64,000 bases of DNA from assembly GCA_002730095.1 (NCBI GenBank), contig PBZE01000050.1, forward strand, positions 6,258-70,257. Direction: 5' to 3'. Each line of letters starts with the position of its first letter. The stretch's first letter is position 1. The notes beneath the pieces were generated by a model, which made no database searches, was not told the origin of the DNA, and saw only the letters and a list, made by a program, of their open reading frames with translations. This document shows, piece by piece, positions 28,508 through 38,736 of the stretch. Source of the DNA: Methanobacteriota archaeon (GTDB lineage Archaea; Thermoplasmatota; Poseidoniia; Poseidoniales; Thalassarchaeaceae). Both the position numbers and the translations under genes were made by a program.

Positions 28508-29542
28508 CTAACTAATTTCCAAAAGCCCGCCAACAGCTTCTCTCTCTTCCATAAGTACGGCCACATTCTCATCTATCTTAGATTGCGCGAAAGAGTCAAT
28601 TGGCAACCCCTCTACTACTGTCGCCTTTCCATTTTCACATCTGCATGGGAAGCTGAAAACCAGTCCTTCTGGGACTCCATACCAGCCTTCTGAGGGTAAC
28701 GCCATCGACACAATCCTGCCATTTGATCCCTGCCACCAATCACGCATATGGTCCACCGCAGCCGAAGCGGCCGAAGCGGCCGAAGATGCACCCCTTGACA
28801 CAATCACGGCCTTTCCACGGGTTGCTACTGTATCCAAGAATGCACCTCTCAACCAGTCTGTTTCGAATACGTCAGTTGCCAATCTGCCATCAACGGTCGC
28901 GAAGCGTGGATCTGGATACATTGTGTTGGCATGGTTCCCCCAAATGAATACATCATGTATCTTAGACGCCGGCACTCCTGAATGTTCTGCCATTTGTCCG
29001 ACAGCACGATTCTGGTCGAGCCTTGTCATTGCGCTAAATTGACTCGATGGTATCCTTGGTGCATTCGCATTCGCAATTAGTGCATTGGTATTACAAGGAT
29101 TGCCCACAGTAATGACCTTGACATTAGCCGAAGCAACCGCATCTATTGCTTTACCCTGACCAACAAAAATCGGCCCATTCGCGGCCACGAGGTCTGATCT
29201 ATCCATGTCCTTTGTCCTAGGCCTCGATCCGACTAGGAAAATTGCATCAGCATCACTGAATGCAATATTCGAATCATCAGTGCCGATTATGCCATGGACC
29301 AATGGAAAAGCTGAGTCCCTCAATTCCATCATTACTCCGTCTAACCTTTGCATTCCAGGGGGTATTTCCAGGAGCTGTAGGATGACCGGCTGATCCTTGC
29401 CAAAGCAATCCCCACTCGCTATTCTCCATAGCAGAGCATAACCAATATTTCCAGCAGCTCCGGTTACAGCAACTCTAATCGCTTTTTTCTCATCAGTTTC
29501 ATCTGTCACTTTACTCGCGCCTTCTTCCGAATCCCCAGACAT
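28508..29542 (-). CDS. mdh: Malate dehydrogenase (dimeric, cytosolic-like type)
   Basis: It contains [56 protein letters not shown] and [20 protein letters not shown]. Confidence 0.9.
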   Translation of the reverse strand: MSGDSEEGASKVTDETDEKKAIRVAVTGAAGNIGYALLWRIASGDCFGKDQPVILQLLEIPPGMQRLDGVMMELRDSAFPLVHGIIGTDDSNIAFSDADAIFLVGSRPRTKDMDRSDLVAANGPIFVGQGKAIDAVASANVKVITVGNPCNTNALIANANAPRIPSSQFSAMTRLDQNRAVGQMAEHSGVPASKIHDVFIWGNHANTMYPDPRFATVDGRLATDVFETDWLRGAFLDTVATRGKAVIVSRGASSAASAASAAVDHMRDWWQGSNGRIVSMALPSEGWYGVPEGLVFSFPCRCENGKATVVEGLPIDSFAQSKIDENVAVLMEEREAVGGLLEIS

Positions 29543-29713
29543 TATCTTCCCTCAGTCAAGCGAGCAAGACCATGGTATTAGCACTTTGTGAAGTAGCGTT
29601 CTTCTCCATTCCAAGAATATCTGATAAGGCCAATGAGAATAGTGAGCCGACGGCTTCAATAAGCGCCCACATCTCGCAGGTTCATATTGGTCTTCGGACT
29701 ACAGAGGGATAGT

Positions 29714-30871
29714 ATGGAACTCGGCATTCTCAAGGAGCCAGAAGGGGAGATGAGGGTGTCCATTGTCCCTAACTCAATACCCAAGCTCGTCAAGTCAGGT
29801 ATTGAGGTAATTGTAGAAAATGGAGCTGGGGATCTTGCAAACCACTCTGACGATGAGTATGTGAAAAAGGGAGCGAAAGTAGCATCTAGAGATGAAGTAT
29901 TGCAATGTAAGTCATTCATCTCCATCAATGTCCCAGATTTGGATGAAATCTGTAAGGGGGCTACATTGATGTGTGTAGCCGACCCATTCAGGAACCCAGA
30001 TGTCGTAAGAAAGGCAATCTCTTCTGAAATCACTCTGATTAGTATGGATATGATTCCAAGAAGACTTTCAAGGGCTCAATCTATGGACGTAAACTCCAGC
30101 CAAGACAATCTCTCTGGATACAAAGCAGTCCTTCTCGGAGCCTCTCATGTGCCTAAAGGAATACCAATGATGACTACCAGCGCAGGCACAGTCAAACCTG
30201 CTAAGTTTGTAATTATGGGTAGTGGTGTGGCTGGATTACAGGCAATAGCAACTGCCAAGAGAATGGGCGCTATTGTGTATGCTTCAGACGTGAGAAAGTC
30301 CGCTGCAGAACAGATTGAATCTGTAGGTGGTAGATTCATCGAGGTGGAAGGGATGGATGATTTCGAAGATGAATCAGGTTATGCCAAGCCATTAACACCA
30401 GAATTTATCCAAAAGGTCAATGAAACTGTCTGTGAAGTTGCTAGCGATGCAGATGTAATTGTAACTACGGCCAGAATATTTGGTAGGCCTGCACCAATAA
30501 CTATCCCGGAAAACGCAGTCAAAGAATTCAAGACAGGGGCAGTAATTGTAGATATGAATTCTGATGTTGGCGGAAATTGTGAACTGACAGTTCCCGGCGA
30601 AATTGTAACAAGTCATGGAGTCAAGATCATCGGAATAGAAAATCTAGCTGGTACGATACCGTCAACAGCGAGCATGCTTTACTCAAATAACCTAACCAAC
30701 TTCGTAATTTCACTAATGACAGATGGCAAAATCAACCTAGATCTGAATGACGATATTCTAGTCGGGCCATCAGAAGATTCAGATTTCTTTGTTGATGGCA
30801 TGGGCGGGGTTCTGATATGCATGAATGGAGAGCTCCATTCTAATCAGAAAAGACTTGGGGGGATTTTGTAA
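29714..30871 (+). CDS. pntAA: NAD(P) transhydrogenase subunit alpha, part 1
   Basis: It is AlaDH/PNT-like: MELGILKEPEGEMRVSIVP, SMDMIPRRLSRAQSMDVNSSQ and VIMGSGVAGLQAIATAKRMGA. I take the ATG at 29714 (the ORF opens at TTG 29687). Confidence 0.88.
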   Translation: MELGILKEPEGEMRVSIVPNSIPKLVKSGIEVIVENGAGDLANHSDDEYVKKGAKVASRDEVLQCKSFISINVPDLDEICKGATLMCVADPFRNPDVVRKAISSEITLISMDMIPRRLSRAQSMDVNSSQDNLSGYKAVLLGASHVPKGIPMMTTSAGTVKPAKFVIMGSGVAGLQAIATAKRMGAIVYASDVRKSAAEQIESVGGRFIEVEGMDDFEDESGYAKPLTPEFIQKVNETVCEVASDADVIVTTARIFGRPAPITIPENAVKEFKTGAVIVDMNSDVGGNCELTVPGEIVTSHGVKIIGIENLAGTIPSTASMLYSNNLTNFVISLMTDGKINLDLNDDILVGPSEDSDFFVDGMGGVLICMNGELHSNQKRLGGIL

Positions 30872-31191
30872 TGTCCTTGACACTTTCCGCTCTAATTGGA
30901 AGCATCACCGTATTCGTATTAGCAATTTTTCTAGGCTTTGAGCTGATTAGCAAGGTCCCCCCTACACTCCATACTCCTCTTATGTCGGGTGCTAATGCTA
31001 TATCGGGAATAACAATAGTGGGGGCCTTGATTCTTTCAAATGCGTCATTTGAGGGTGCAAATACATCCTTCGCGGCAATACTAGCTTTCATGGCTTTGAT
31101 TATGGCTACCATAAATGTCGTTGGTGGATTCATGGTTACAAATAGAATGTTGGAGATGATTGCCGGCCGAAGAAAAAAGGGGGGTAACTGA
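30871..31191 (+). CDS. pntAB: NAD(P) transhydrogenase subunit alpha, part 2 (membrane)
   Basis: The 106-aa protein has 3 transmembrane helices and the motif TPLMSGANAISGITIVGA. Its start overlaps the pntAA stop. Confidence 0.85.
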   Translation: MSLTLSALIGSITVFVLAIFLGFELISKVPPTLHTPLMSGANAISGITIVGALILSNASFEGANTSFAAILAFMALIMATINVVGGFMVTNRMLEMIAGRRKKGGN

Positions 31192-32637
31192 TTGGTAGAT
31201 CCTGTTGTATGGGATATTGGATACTTGATATCCGCATCAATGTTCATTGTTGGCATCAAGAGGCTTTCGAGCCCTAGGACGGCACCTTCTGGCAATATGC
31301 TAGGCGCACAAGGAATGCTTCTTGCCGTTATCGTAACATTGCTGAAGCTGCAATCTGAGGGCATTATCGGTTGGGAGCTGATTGTCGCTGGATTGGCTAT
31401 CGGATCCATAATTGGTTATCTGATGGCTACACGTGTCGAGATGACAGGAATGCCAGAGCTCGTCGCTCTGTTCAATGGTTTTGGAGGCGCGGCATCGGCT
31501 TTAGTCGGACTTTCCGAGGCCCTCAAGAGAATATCTGAGGGAGTACCGGACCCAGGGGTCGAGCTTTATGCGACATGGACAGCGATCGGGCTTTCCGCAC
31601 TTGTGGGCTGGATAACTCTATCTGGGAGCTTAATGGCTATGATGAAGCTAAAAGGTGGATTTTACATTCCATTCTCTAAGAAAGACGACAGAGGAAGGAG
31701 CAGATGGGTTTCATTTCCAACATGGGGCCCCCCATGGTTAAATTACGTCAAGGCCACATTACTATTGCTATCTGTCATACTCATTGTTATGACTATTCAA
31801 AATCCAGAAGATAAAATGTACGTTTACTGTCTGGTAGCTTCATCCACTGTTCTAGGTGTATTATTCGTTCTTCCAATCGGCGGCGCTGATATGCCAGTTG
31901 TGGTCAGCCTGTTGAATTCACTTTCAGGCATTGCAGCCGCATTTACAGGATTTGTAATAGGCAATAACGTTCTGATAATTGCAGGGTCGATGGTTGGTGC
32001 AGCAGGGTTGATACTAACCTTCATCATGTGTAAAGCAATGAATAGGGAATTATTCGATGTTCTCTTCAAGGCATTCGGTGGTTCTGGGGAGAAAGACCAG
32101 TTAACTCGAACCAAAGTCGGTAGCGACCCGGAAGAAGTCGCCATGGTCTTGGATGGTGCACAGAAGGTAATTGTAGTTCCAGGATACGGTATGGCCGTTA
32201 GTCAGAGTCAGCACGCAGTTAAGGAATTTGCAGATCTTATGGAGTCTTTTGATTGTGAAGTCTTGTATGCCATTCATCCAGTTGCAGGAAGGATGCCGGG
32301 GCACATGAACGTACTATTGGCAGAAGCAAACGTGCCGTATGAGAAGCTTATCGAGATGGATGAAATTAATTCTGAATTCCCTGAATGTGATGTTGCAGTA
32401 GTTATTGGAGCCAATGATACCACTAACCCCGCTGCTAGGTCTAATGAAGGGCCACTCGCCGGAATGCCGATACTAGACGTCGACAAATCATCTGTTGTCG
32501 TGATAATCAAGAGAAGCTTGTCAGTTGGATATGCAGGTGTTGACAATGACCTCTTCTACATGGATAAAACAATGATGTTGTTTGGGGATGGTAAAAAGAT
32601 GATGAATGAACTTAACTCCGCAATTAAGGAACTGTAA
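31192..32637 (+). CDS. pntB: NAD(P) transhydrogenase subunit beta
   Basis: It has an N-terminal membrane domain (MFIVGIKRLSSPRTAPSGN) and a C-terminal dIII domain (VVPGYGMAVSQSQHAV..., IHPVAGRMPGHMNVLLAEANVPY, VIGANDTTNPAA). The start is TTG. Confidence 0.9.
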   Translation: MVDPVVWDIGYLISASMFIVGIKRLSSPRTAPSGNMLGAQGMLLAVIVTLLKLQSEGIIGWELIVAGLAIGSIIGYLMATRVEMTGMPELVALFNGFGGAASALVGLSEALKRISEGVPDPGVELYATWTAIGLSALVGWITLSGSLMAMMKLKGGFYIPFSKKDDRGRSRWVSFPTWGPPWLNYVKATLLLLSVILIVMTIQNPEDKMYVYCLVASSTVLGVLFVLPIGGADMPVVVSLLNSLSGIAAAFTGFVIGNNVLIIAGSMVGAAGLILTFIMCKAMNRELFDVLFKAFGGSGEKDQLTRTKVGSDPEEVAMVLDGAQKVIVVPGYGMAVSQSQHAVKEFADLMESFDCEVLYAIHPVAGRMPGHMNVLLAEANVPYEKLIEMDEINSEFPECDVAVVIGANDTTNPAARSNEGPLAGMPILDVDKSSVVVIIKRSLSVGYAGVDNDLFYMDKTMMLFGDGKKMMNELNSAIKEL

Positions 32638-32653
32638 ACGTAGGTAAGCCAGC

Positions 32654-33763
32654 ATGTCTCCGAGCAAGCGTTATTTGTCCCCGGCTTCCGAAGCTCTAAC
32701 AGGGGACCGTAAGATGGCTGGTTTGAAGAGAGCCCTCGTCGTCATTTTGACACTGTCGATCCTATCAATTCCAGCAATGGGTATGAGCTCAGGACCTGGT
32801 TATGAAAATGCGGATGGCGATCCCACAGTGAAGTATGGATGTAATTGCCATAATAACGGAGCGGCCTCCTCAAGAGCAGTAGTAATGGTCACTGGAGTGC
32901 CCGTAATGTATGAATTAGGCGAGTCATATGATATGACTATCAAGGTAGCTGACTCTCTCACTTTATCGGGCGGAAATGGAAACACTCAGGGTGGTTTCCT
33001 AATGACTTCAGAGGGTATTGGAAATTTCACTTGGCCTGACGACCAAGAAATCCGTGAAGCAGAGGGGGCACCCTCAGATATATCGCATTCAGATACGGAT
33101 TCAGATGGCATATGGCAAATTTCATGGACAGCTCCCACCGAGGACTCAGGGCCAGTTCATTTTTGGGTTGCAGGAAATTCAGTTAATGGAGACGGTGCTC
33201 CCGGGGATGAGGACTGGTGGAACATACTCACATTTACTGTAAATGCCCCAGGGACAATAGAGTCTGGTGACTCAGGAGCAACCCTGGAAACTAGGACTGT
33301 CTCTGTAGGCGATTATGACACTCTATTCTTGATTGAGGAGTCCGAGGCACAGAAGGAGGCTGAGAGGCAGGAGGCTCTCTCGAAAAGAGTATTCACACAA
33401 GGTAACTTATTCTTCTGGACCAGCCTTACTGCATTACTCGTAGGTGCATTGGTGCAAAGGGAGATTCTTGAGAGGAGGTATGATGATGGTCCAGAGTACT
33501 TAGCTATGGAGCTAGCATATCCACAAGCTATCAGAAGGTCACTGATGAGCATAGCTTCTTTCTGGATAGCAATTAGATGGGCCTCCTCAGAAACTCCAAT
33601 CTATTTCCCACCTCCTGCGGTAGTCGAGGAAGGGACCAAGATCACTGATTTGACCGACTTCCTGACTGGATGCGCATTTCTGGCTAGCGCTTTGTTCGCC
33701 TATGGCGTATACAGGACAATAATAGCCGCTAGAAAGGACCCGGAAGTCAAGGATCGTCTCTAG
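32654..33763 (+). CDS. Membrane protein with an extracytoplasmic Reeler/DOMON-like domain
   Basis: A signal/anchor is followed by YGCNCHNNG...GGFLMTSEGIGNF...ISWTAPTEDSGPVHFWVAGNSVNGDG, which resembles the Reeler pattern. There are 3-4 C-terminal transmembrane helices. The family assignment is from memory only. Confidence 0.45.
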   Translation: MSPSKRYLSPASEALTGDRKMAGLKRALVVILTLSILSIPAMGMSSGPGYENADGDPTVKYGCNCHNNGAASSRAVVMVTGVPVMYELGESYDMTIKVADSLTLSGGNGNTQGGFLMTSEGIGNFTWPDDQEIREAEGAPSDISHSDTDSDGIWQISWTAPTEDSGPVHFWVAGNSVNGDGAPGDEDWWNILTFTVNAPGTIESGDSGATLETRTVSVGDYDTLFLIEESEAQKEAERQEALSKRVFTQGNLFFWTSLTALLVGALVQREILERRYDDGPEYLAMELAYPQAIRRSLMSIASFWIAIRWASSETPIYFPPPAVVEEGTKITDLTDFLTGCAFLASALFAYGVYRTIIAARKDPEVKDRL

Positions 33764-34522
33764 ATGTCAGAGCAACGAATAATTCTCGAATCTAAATCAC
33801 TGGATAATCACTTTCAAGATCTATATTCTCTTGTCAAAAATACTGTAATATTGTCATCATTAACAGGAATTTTATGGTCAATATTTGCAACAGAGATACT
33901 AACCGAATGGGTTTCCTTATTCACTTTCGAAGATAATACAGGAGATCTGTCCATCTACGCCCCATTCAATTGGGTCGAGGTAAAATGGTCGTTTTCAATA
34001 TTGATGGGTGTAATCACAGCAATTCCATTCATTTCTTTAATGCTCTATAATTTTGCCAAACCAGGCTTGTATCCGAATGAGACAAGTCCAGTCAAGTCAA
34101 TCCTTATTGTTAATGCCATCTTTCTTCCACTTGTCATATTTGGAATCTGGGCATGGATGGTTCCTGAAATGGTCGATGTAGCAGATGAACTCTCCAAGAT
34201 AGATAATGTAGAGGCCAAGTACGATATATTTGAGATAGTCAACCTTGCTCTAGGGATTACATGGATGACCGTCATATCATCTATTCTTTCGACCTCACTA
34301 CTTCTAGCTAGGATAATGGACGATTCTGGCGGAATCTATGACTGGATTAGGCCCAGGATCATCCTCATCTCATTTGGATTGTTAGTTTTCACAATGCCAT
34401 CGGTCTTTGAAGGACTTAGAATACCTATTTCTTTGCTAATATTGTATCTTTGCGACCTCTTTTCGAGATTATTCCCTGTTTGGGAAAATCGTCCGCACTC
34501 TACCAAGATGTCACTGCATTGA
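33764..34522 (+). CDS. tatC: Sec-independent (Tat) translocase subunit TatC, divergent
   Basis: It aligns by eye to E. coli TatC. DNHFQDLYSLVKNTVI matches THLIELRKRLLN. APFNWVEVKWSFSILMGVITAIPFISLMLYNFAKPGLYPNE matches SPFFTPIKLTF...YQVWAFIAPALYKHE. It has about 6 transmembrane helices. Confidence 0.65.
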   Translation: MSEQRIILESKSLDNHFQDLYSLVKNTVILSSLTGILWSIFATEILTEWVSLFTFEDNTGDLSIYAPFNWVEVKWSFSILMGVITAIPFISLMLYNFAKPGLYPNETSPVKSILIVNAIFLPLVIFGIWAWMVPEMVDVADELSKIDNVEAKYDIFEIVNLALGITWMTVISSILSTSLLLARIMDDSGGIYDWIRPRIILISFGLLVFTMPSVFEGLRIPISLLILYLCDLFSRLFPVWENRPHSTKMSLH

Positions 34523-34547
34523 AAGGTCGTACATTGTAGCGCTCCTT

Positions 34548-36503
34548 GTGAAATCACTCAAAGCCGTCATGGCCACACTAATCCTGATGGGCGGAATTTG
34601 GATTAATTTAAATCCAGATTTAGTAGACAAAACCTATGATTTCGATGATTCCGAAGAGTCAACAAATCTAATTGGGCTACAAGATGAAGAGAATTGGCTC
34701 GTATTGAGGGTGTCATTTCCATCCATGCCCCACTCTCTCTCGAAAACAGATTCTCTATTGCTTGGAGCAGGATCTGCGCAGGAGTATATTTACCAACTAT
34801 CTGGTGGAAAATCCAATTTAGAGGTCACAGTATCTAGCGATGTCTGGGTTTCAGAATTCGATGAATCATACTGGGGGGCCGACTCCCTGAATGAGCGTGA
34901 CGTCGGCAATAGTGGCAGGGGGGTAGACAAATTAGTTGAGGAATCTGCTACAAATCTACTTAGTGGCATGGATCTTTCTGAATGGGACATTGATGGAGAT
35001 GGAATTATTGACAGATTACTAATTCTACATTCTGGAAGTGCCCAAGAATCTGGAGGATCTACAGATTCAATATGGAGCCATTTCTCAACGTTGATGACCC
35101 CAGTAAAAATCGATAATTGGGAGATACAACATTATACAATTTCATCCATGGAATCCGGACTTGGTACCCTTATTCACGAAATGCTCCATCAAATGGGGGC
35201 ATACGACTTGTATGACGTACATTCCGATTTACCTACGAGCTCTTGGAATGGTCTCGGTGATTGGGATATTATGGCAAGTGGTAACTGGAATGGAAATTCC
35301 ATGTCTCCGGCCATGCCTGGTGCTGCCACTCTAATGTCTATCGGAGGATCTGGAATCAATCAAATAGATACTACTTCGGCTCAGAATATCTCTCTATTCC
35401 CTATGTCCTCTACAAATAACAGTACTCGTGTCGTCTACATAGAAACAGCTCCAGAAGAGGCAGTAATGCTTACTTTCCGTGCTGATATCGGCTTCGACTC
35501 AGAATTGCCAGGCTCTGGAATAATTGTAGAGTATCTAGATAAAAACAACGGAAACGTAGATGAAAATACTGTGAATAAAGATCCCAATAATCCGTGGGTG
35601 ATGATCATTGAGGCCGATGGCGACCAAGCTCTGGTTAGGAATCGCGATAGTGGTAGCCCGGGCGACCCATTTCAATCAGGAGACTCATTTGGAAGTGAAG
35701 GCCACATAATCAGGGATAACAGAGGAAGATTGGTTCCATGGCAAATCCAGATTCAGAGTATAAGTTTGGAAATGGCCACAATAAATTTTATTCCTACTGA
35801 AAATCATACAGAAAGAGTTCTGACACCTAGATCGCCCATCCAAATGATTGACGGGGAGAGTGCATATGCAACTGTGCATAGTGATAATCCATGTACATTA
35901 CAAGTAAATACCAGCATTGACCTAACAACCCCCAAATTATTAGAGATTGAAATTCCCTCGGGAACTTCAATAATTCCAATTATAAGAAGCTCCGATGTAT
36001 CTCAAGAATTGGGTGTCGTCATAGGAAAAATTGGCTGTAAAGACACGACTCCTGAGGACATCAGGATAGAGTGGCAGAAGATAGGACACAGAATTGATAC
36101 TGCAAAGATAACTCAAGTTGTTCCGTGGAATCAAGACTCAACACTTTCACTCCCAATTTCTACGACTGGATCCGGAGACAGAAATTATGACATTGTTATT
36201 GAGGGAGCTGTAGACAGAATCGCATACTCGACAACACAGGGAAAATTTTCTCCGGGCGATGATATCATACTGCGAATAGAGCCAAACGGATTGTTGACAC
36301 CTGGGATGTATGCCAGAGGAGAAATTGTGATCCAAGATGAATACTCCGTTGAACAGAGGATTCAGATCACATTGATTGCCGAATCTCCTTTCACTGGAGA
36401 TGGCCTATTAGGGTGGATCTCACAACCATCAAATGGGATTCTTGTAATTTCCATTCTTATGGCTTTCAGTATTTTAACTGGAAGAAACAGGGAATCTACC
36501 TAG
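34548..36503 (+). CDS. Secreted M6-family (immune inhibitor A-like) metalloprotease with a C-terminal anchor
   Basis: It has a signal peptide, the zinc site LIHEMLHQMGAYDLYD (HExxH), the upstream motif LLILHSGSAQE...SIWSH and a C-terminal transmembrane helix. The start is GTG. Confidence 0.7.
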   Translation: MKSLKAVMATLILMGGIWINLNPDLVDKTYDFDDSEESTNLIGLQDEENWLVLRVSFPSMPHSLSKTDSLLLGAGSAQEYIYQLSGGKSNLEVTVSSDVWVSEFDESYWGADSLNERDVGNSGRGVDKLVEESATNLLSGMDLSEWDIDGDGIIDRLLILHSGSAQESGGSTDSIWSHFSTLMTPVKIDNWEIQHYTISSMESGLGTLIHEMLHQMGAYDLYDVHSDLPTSSWNGLGDWDIMASGNWNGNSMSPAMPGAATLMSIGGSGINQIDTTSAQNISLFPMSSTNNSTRVVYIETAPEEAVMLTFRADIGFDSELPGSGIIVEYLDKNNGNVDENTVNKDPNNPWVMIIEADGDQALVRNRDSGSPGDPFQSGDSFGSEGHIIRDNRGRLVPWQIQIQSISLEMATINFIPTENHTERVLTPRSPIQMIDGESAYATVHSDNPCTLQVNTSIDLTTPKLLEIEIPSGTSIIPIIRSSDVSQELGVVIGKIGCKDTTPEDIRIEWQKIGHRIDTAKITQVVPWNQDSTLSLPISTTGSGDRNYDIVIEGAVDRIAYSTTQGKFSPGDDIILRIEPNGLLTPGMYARGEIVIQDEYSVEQRIQITLIAESPFTGDGLLGWISQPSNGILVISILMAFSILTGRNREST

Positions 36504-37569
36504 GATTGCTCCATCTGGAATCCGCAGGAGGACGTGATACACGAAGGAATCTCCACTCCCCAGTTCCTACATCTACCGGACATATCCAATGTTTATTGAC
36601 GCCTGAAGCTAGTCTGGATGTCAGACATGCTTTCGCCCATACGCCGATTGTCTTATGATAATCTTCTGGATCATTAATTAGCCACGGGGCATGATCCTGC
36701 CCGACTGATCCGGAATAACATCTCCAAGTAGTTCCAAATTTGAATCCAGAGCGAGTGTTTAGTCCTCTATTCCAGAGTTCATGCAATAAACTAGCCGTCT
36801 TAGTCATGCCCAAGTGCGGATTAGTAGGGCCAGTGGAGAAATCCTCAATATTGTTATTCTTAGAAGATTTTCCGAAGAAGTGGACCAATTCTCTCTCGGC
36901 CCAGTCAAGTTGTCGACCACCTTGAACTGGTATTCCCACCGCTTCTAACGGCCAATCATCAGCTCCCGGAAAATAGGCCCCTCCATTCATCGTCTCTGCA
37001 TATTCATTATCAGAGATAATCAAGAATTCTTCTATGGAAGGGGGAGTAAGATTACCCCTTGGATCAGCAATTGAAAGGCGGTATGTGACTACAGACATCT
37101 CTTCATCTACTACAATTGACTCTGCTATTCTTCCCGAATCTTCTACCTCTCTGACCCATTCATACAAGTCATCCACATCAAACTCCTGCTCAGCCGTAAA
37201 CCACCTAACTTCAGATACTGCTGGGTCCTTGCTTGGATGTTTGTCGGAGTCCCACCTAAGCCCCCATGATCTTTTGCTATGCCCTATTCCTAATTTTCCT
37301 AGGTTACATCCTAGGACAATTTTGTTGCCAGGAGTCCTAAGTGCCTCCATTACTGCATACTCATAAAATAATGCAGGATCGCCTTCAAGGCCCCCGAAAA
37401 GAAAGCCAATTCCCGGGGATTCAATATTTCTATGATTGATGCAGAACATCATTTCAACACTTGTGAGGCTTATCCCCCCTCCTTGGACAGGTATGCCAAT
37501 CGCAGATTTATGCCATAGCCTATCGCTGGACTTTTCATCAAAGTGCCAACTCCCGCCGTCACTCTGCAT
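36496..37569 (-). CDS. endA: tRNA-splicing endonuclease, duplicated (alpha'2-like) form
   Basis: The C-terminal catalytic unit reads LHELWNRGLNTRSGFKFGTTWRCYSG...DHAPWL, which compares with the A. fulgidus motif GFKFG..FRVY...HSEYL. The protein is about twice the length of a single unit. I take the start at ATG 37569. Confidence 0.75.
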   Translation of the reverse strand: MQSDGGSWHFDEKSSDRLWHKSAIGIPVQGGGISLTSVEMMFCINHRNIESPGIGFLFGGLEGDPALFYEYAVMEALRTPGNKIVLGCNLGKLGIGHSKRSWGLRWDSDKHPSKDPAVSEVRWFTAEQEFDVDDLYEWVREVEDSGRIAESIVVDEEMSVVTYRLSIADPRGNLTPPSIEEFLIISDNEYAETMNGGAYFPGADDWPLEAVGIPVQGGRQLDWAERELVHFFGKSSKNNNIEDFSTGPTNPHLGMTKTASLLHELWNRGLNTRSGFKFGTTWRCYSGSVGQDHAPWLINDPEDYHKTIGVWAKACLTSRLASGVNKHWICPVDVGTGEWRFLRVSRPPADSRWSNPR

Positions 37570-37643
37570 AACTCCTGCCAAAGGTCCTAGAATTTCATCC
37601 CTCGGTCCAGAAATATCATTTCCCTCCACCCGTTCGTCACGTC

Positions 37644-38690
37644 GTGTCAGACTACAATGAAGCAGACTCACTTCAGACTCTAATCAGACTATTACATGAA
37701 GTTGAGGGTACCAGAGTGACATTAATTGGCGACGTTATGCTTGATAGGTATCACCATGGCTACTCTAATAATCTGAACTCAACTGCACCAGTCCCAGTCC
37801 TTAGGGTTACTAACTCTGAAGAGTCCCCCGGAGCAGCAGCACACATTGCCAGAGGACTATTCTCCTTGGGCCTGAGTGTTGATTTCTTCAGTTCAGTAGG
37901 TGATGATCAAGAAGGGAAGACAATAATTGACACCCTTGCTAAAGAGGGAATAGCGACGAATGGAATAATCCGCGCGGCCCAGAGAAAGACACTTACGAAG
38001 ATTAGATTTTATGGCAGCAGGGAGAATTTACTAGACCAAAGTCAAGTTCTCCTCCAAGCTGATAGGGGCCCGATTGAGGAATTAGACCCGACTATAAGCG
38101 AGAATCTGACTAACATGGCTTTGAAGTCTCTCGAATCCAGCCAGGCACTAGTTATATCTGATTATGATAAAGGAGTAATTTCCGAATCAGGGTCTAAAAA
38201 GCTAATTTCATCCGCAAAGAAACTCGGTATTCCTTCCATAGTCGATCCAAAGCTAACAGGCTTATCCAGAAGCTCTGGGGCTGACATTGTCATTTTCGGA
38301 ATGAGGGGTCTAGAGTTACAGAACAAGAGACTCATGACAGATTCATTGGATGATGCAGCATCCCAACTAATTGATACTTACAATTGGGGGTCTCTCCTAG
38401 TTCTTGGGGGTGTTAATGGAGTAACATTGCATTCTTCAGATGGTGCTAAGATATTTTTCCCTTGCAGGGCGAATGCTCCTAGGCAGCAAATAGGACTCAA
38501 TGATGCGGCAGCTACCGCACTTGCAGCAGCACTTGGAAATGGACTCGATGTCATGGATGCAGCAGCCCTTTCTGCAGCGGCTTGTGAATGCGTACTCTCC
38601 GCAGAGGCTAGTCAGGAATTTGTAGATAGCGACACTTTACAACTTTGGCTCGAAGAGCTTTCATGGAAATTACGTATTTCAGATAGATAA
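37644..38690 (+). CDS. PfkB-family sugar kinase, RfaE/HldE domain-I-like
   Basis: VTLIGDVMLDRYHHG...NSTAPVPVLRV resembles the heptose-7-phosphate kinase N-terminus. The C-terminal NDAAATALAAAL fits the PfkB anion-hole region. The start is GTG. Confidence 0.65.
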   Translation: MSDYNEADSLQTLIRLLHEVEGTRVTLIGDVMLDRYHHGYSNNLNSTAPVPVLRVTNSEESPGAAAHIARGLFSLGLSVDFFSSVGDDQEGKTIIDTLAKEGIATNGIIRAAQRKTLTKIRFYGSRENLLDQSQVLLQADRGPIEELDPTISENLTNMALKSLESSQALVISDYDKGVISESGSKKLISSAKKLGIPSIVDPKLTGLSRSSGADIVIFGMRGLELQNKRLMTDSLDDAASQLIDTYNWGSLLVLGGVNGVTLHSSDGAKIFFPCRANAPRQQIGLNDAAATALAAALGNGLDVMDAAALSAAACECVLSAEASQEFVDSDTLQLWLEELSWKLRISDR

Positions 38691-38736
38691 TCACGTTTAC
38701 CAGAAGTTCAAAACACATATCGATGCGCCAATACAC

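Noticed and set aside
28761-28785. Tandem 9-bp repeat gccgaagcg x2.8
   Set aside because: On the minus strand it encodes the conserved malate dehydrogenase motif SAASAASAA ([16 protein letters not shown]). It is a coding consequence rather than a repeat element.
30840-31409. ORF 30840-31409 (-), 189 aa. The same applies to other long antisense ORFs, e.g. 2262-2675, 10296-10811, 9033-9491 and 36740-37660
   Set aside because: All are antisense to genes with strong family signatures (pntAB/pntB, rpl30e, endA and others) and have no recognisable motifs. They are typical shadow ORFs.
32840-32851. CNCH motif in the exported 369-aa protein, considered as a c-type haem-binding site
   Set aside because: The motif is C-x-C-H, not CXXCH or another known spacing variant. 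I therefore do not call the protein a cytochrome c. It is kept only as part of the Reeler-like pattern.
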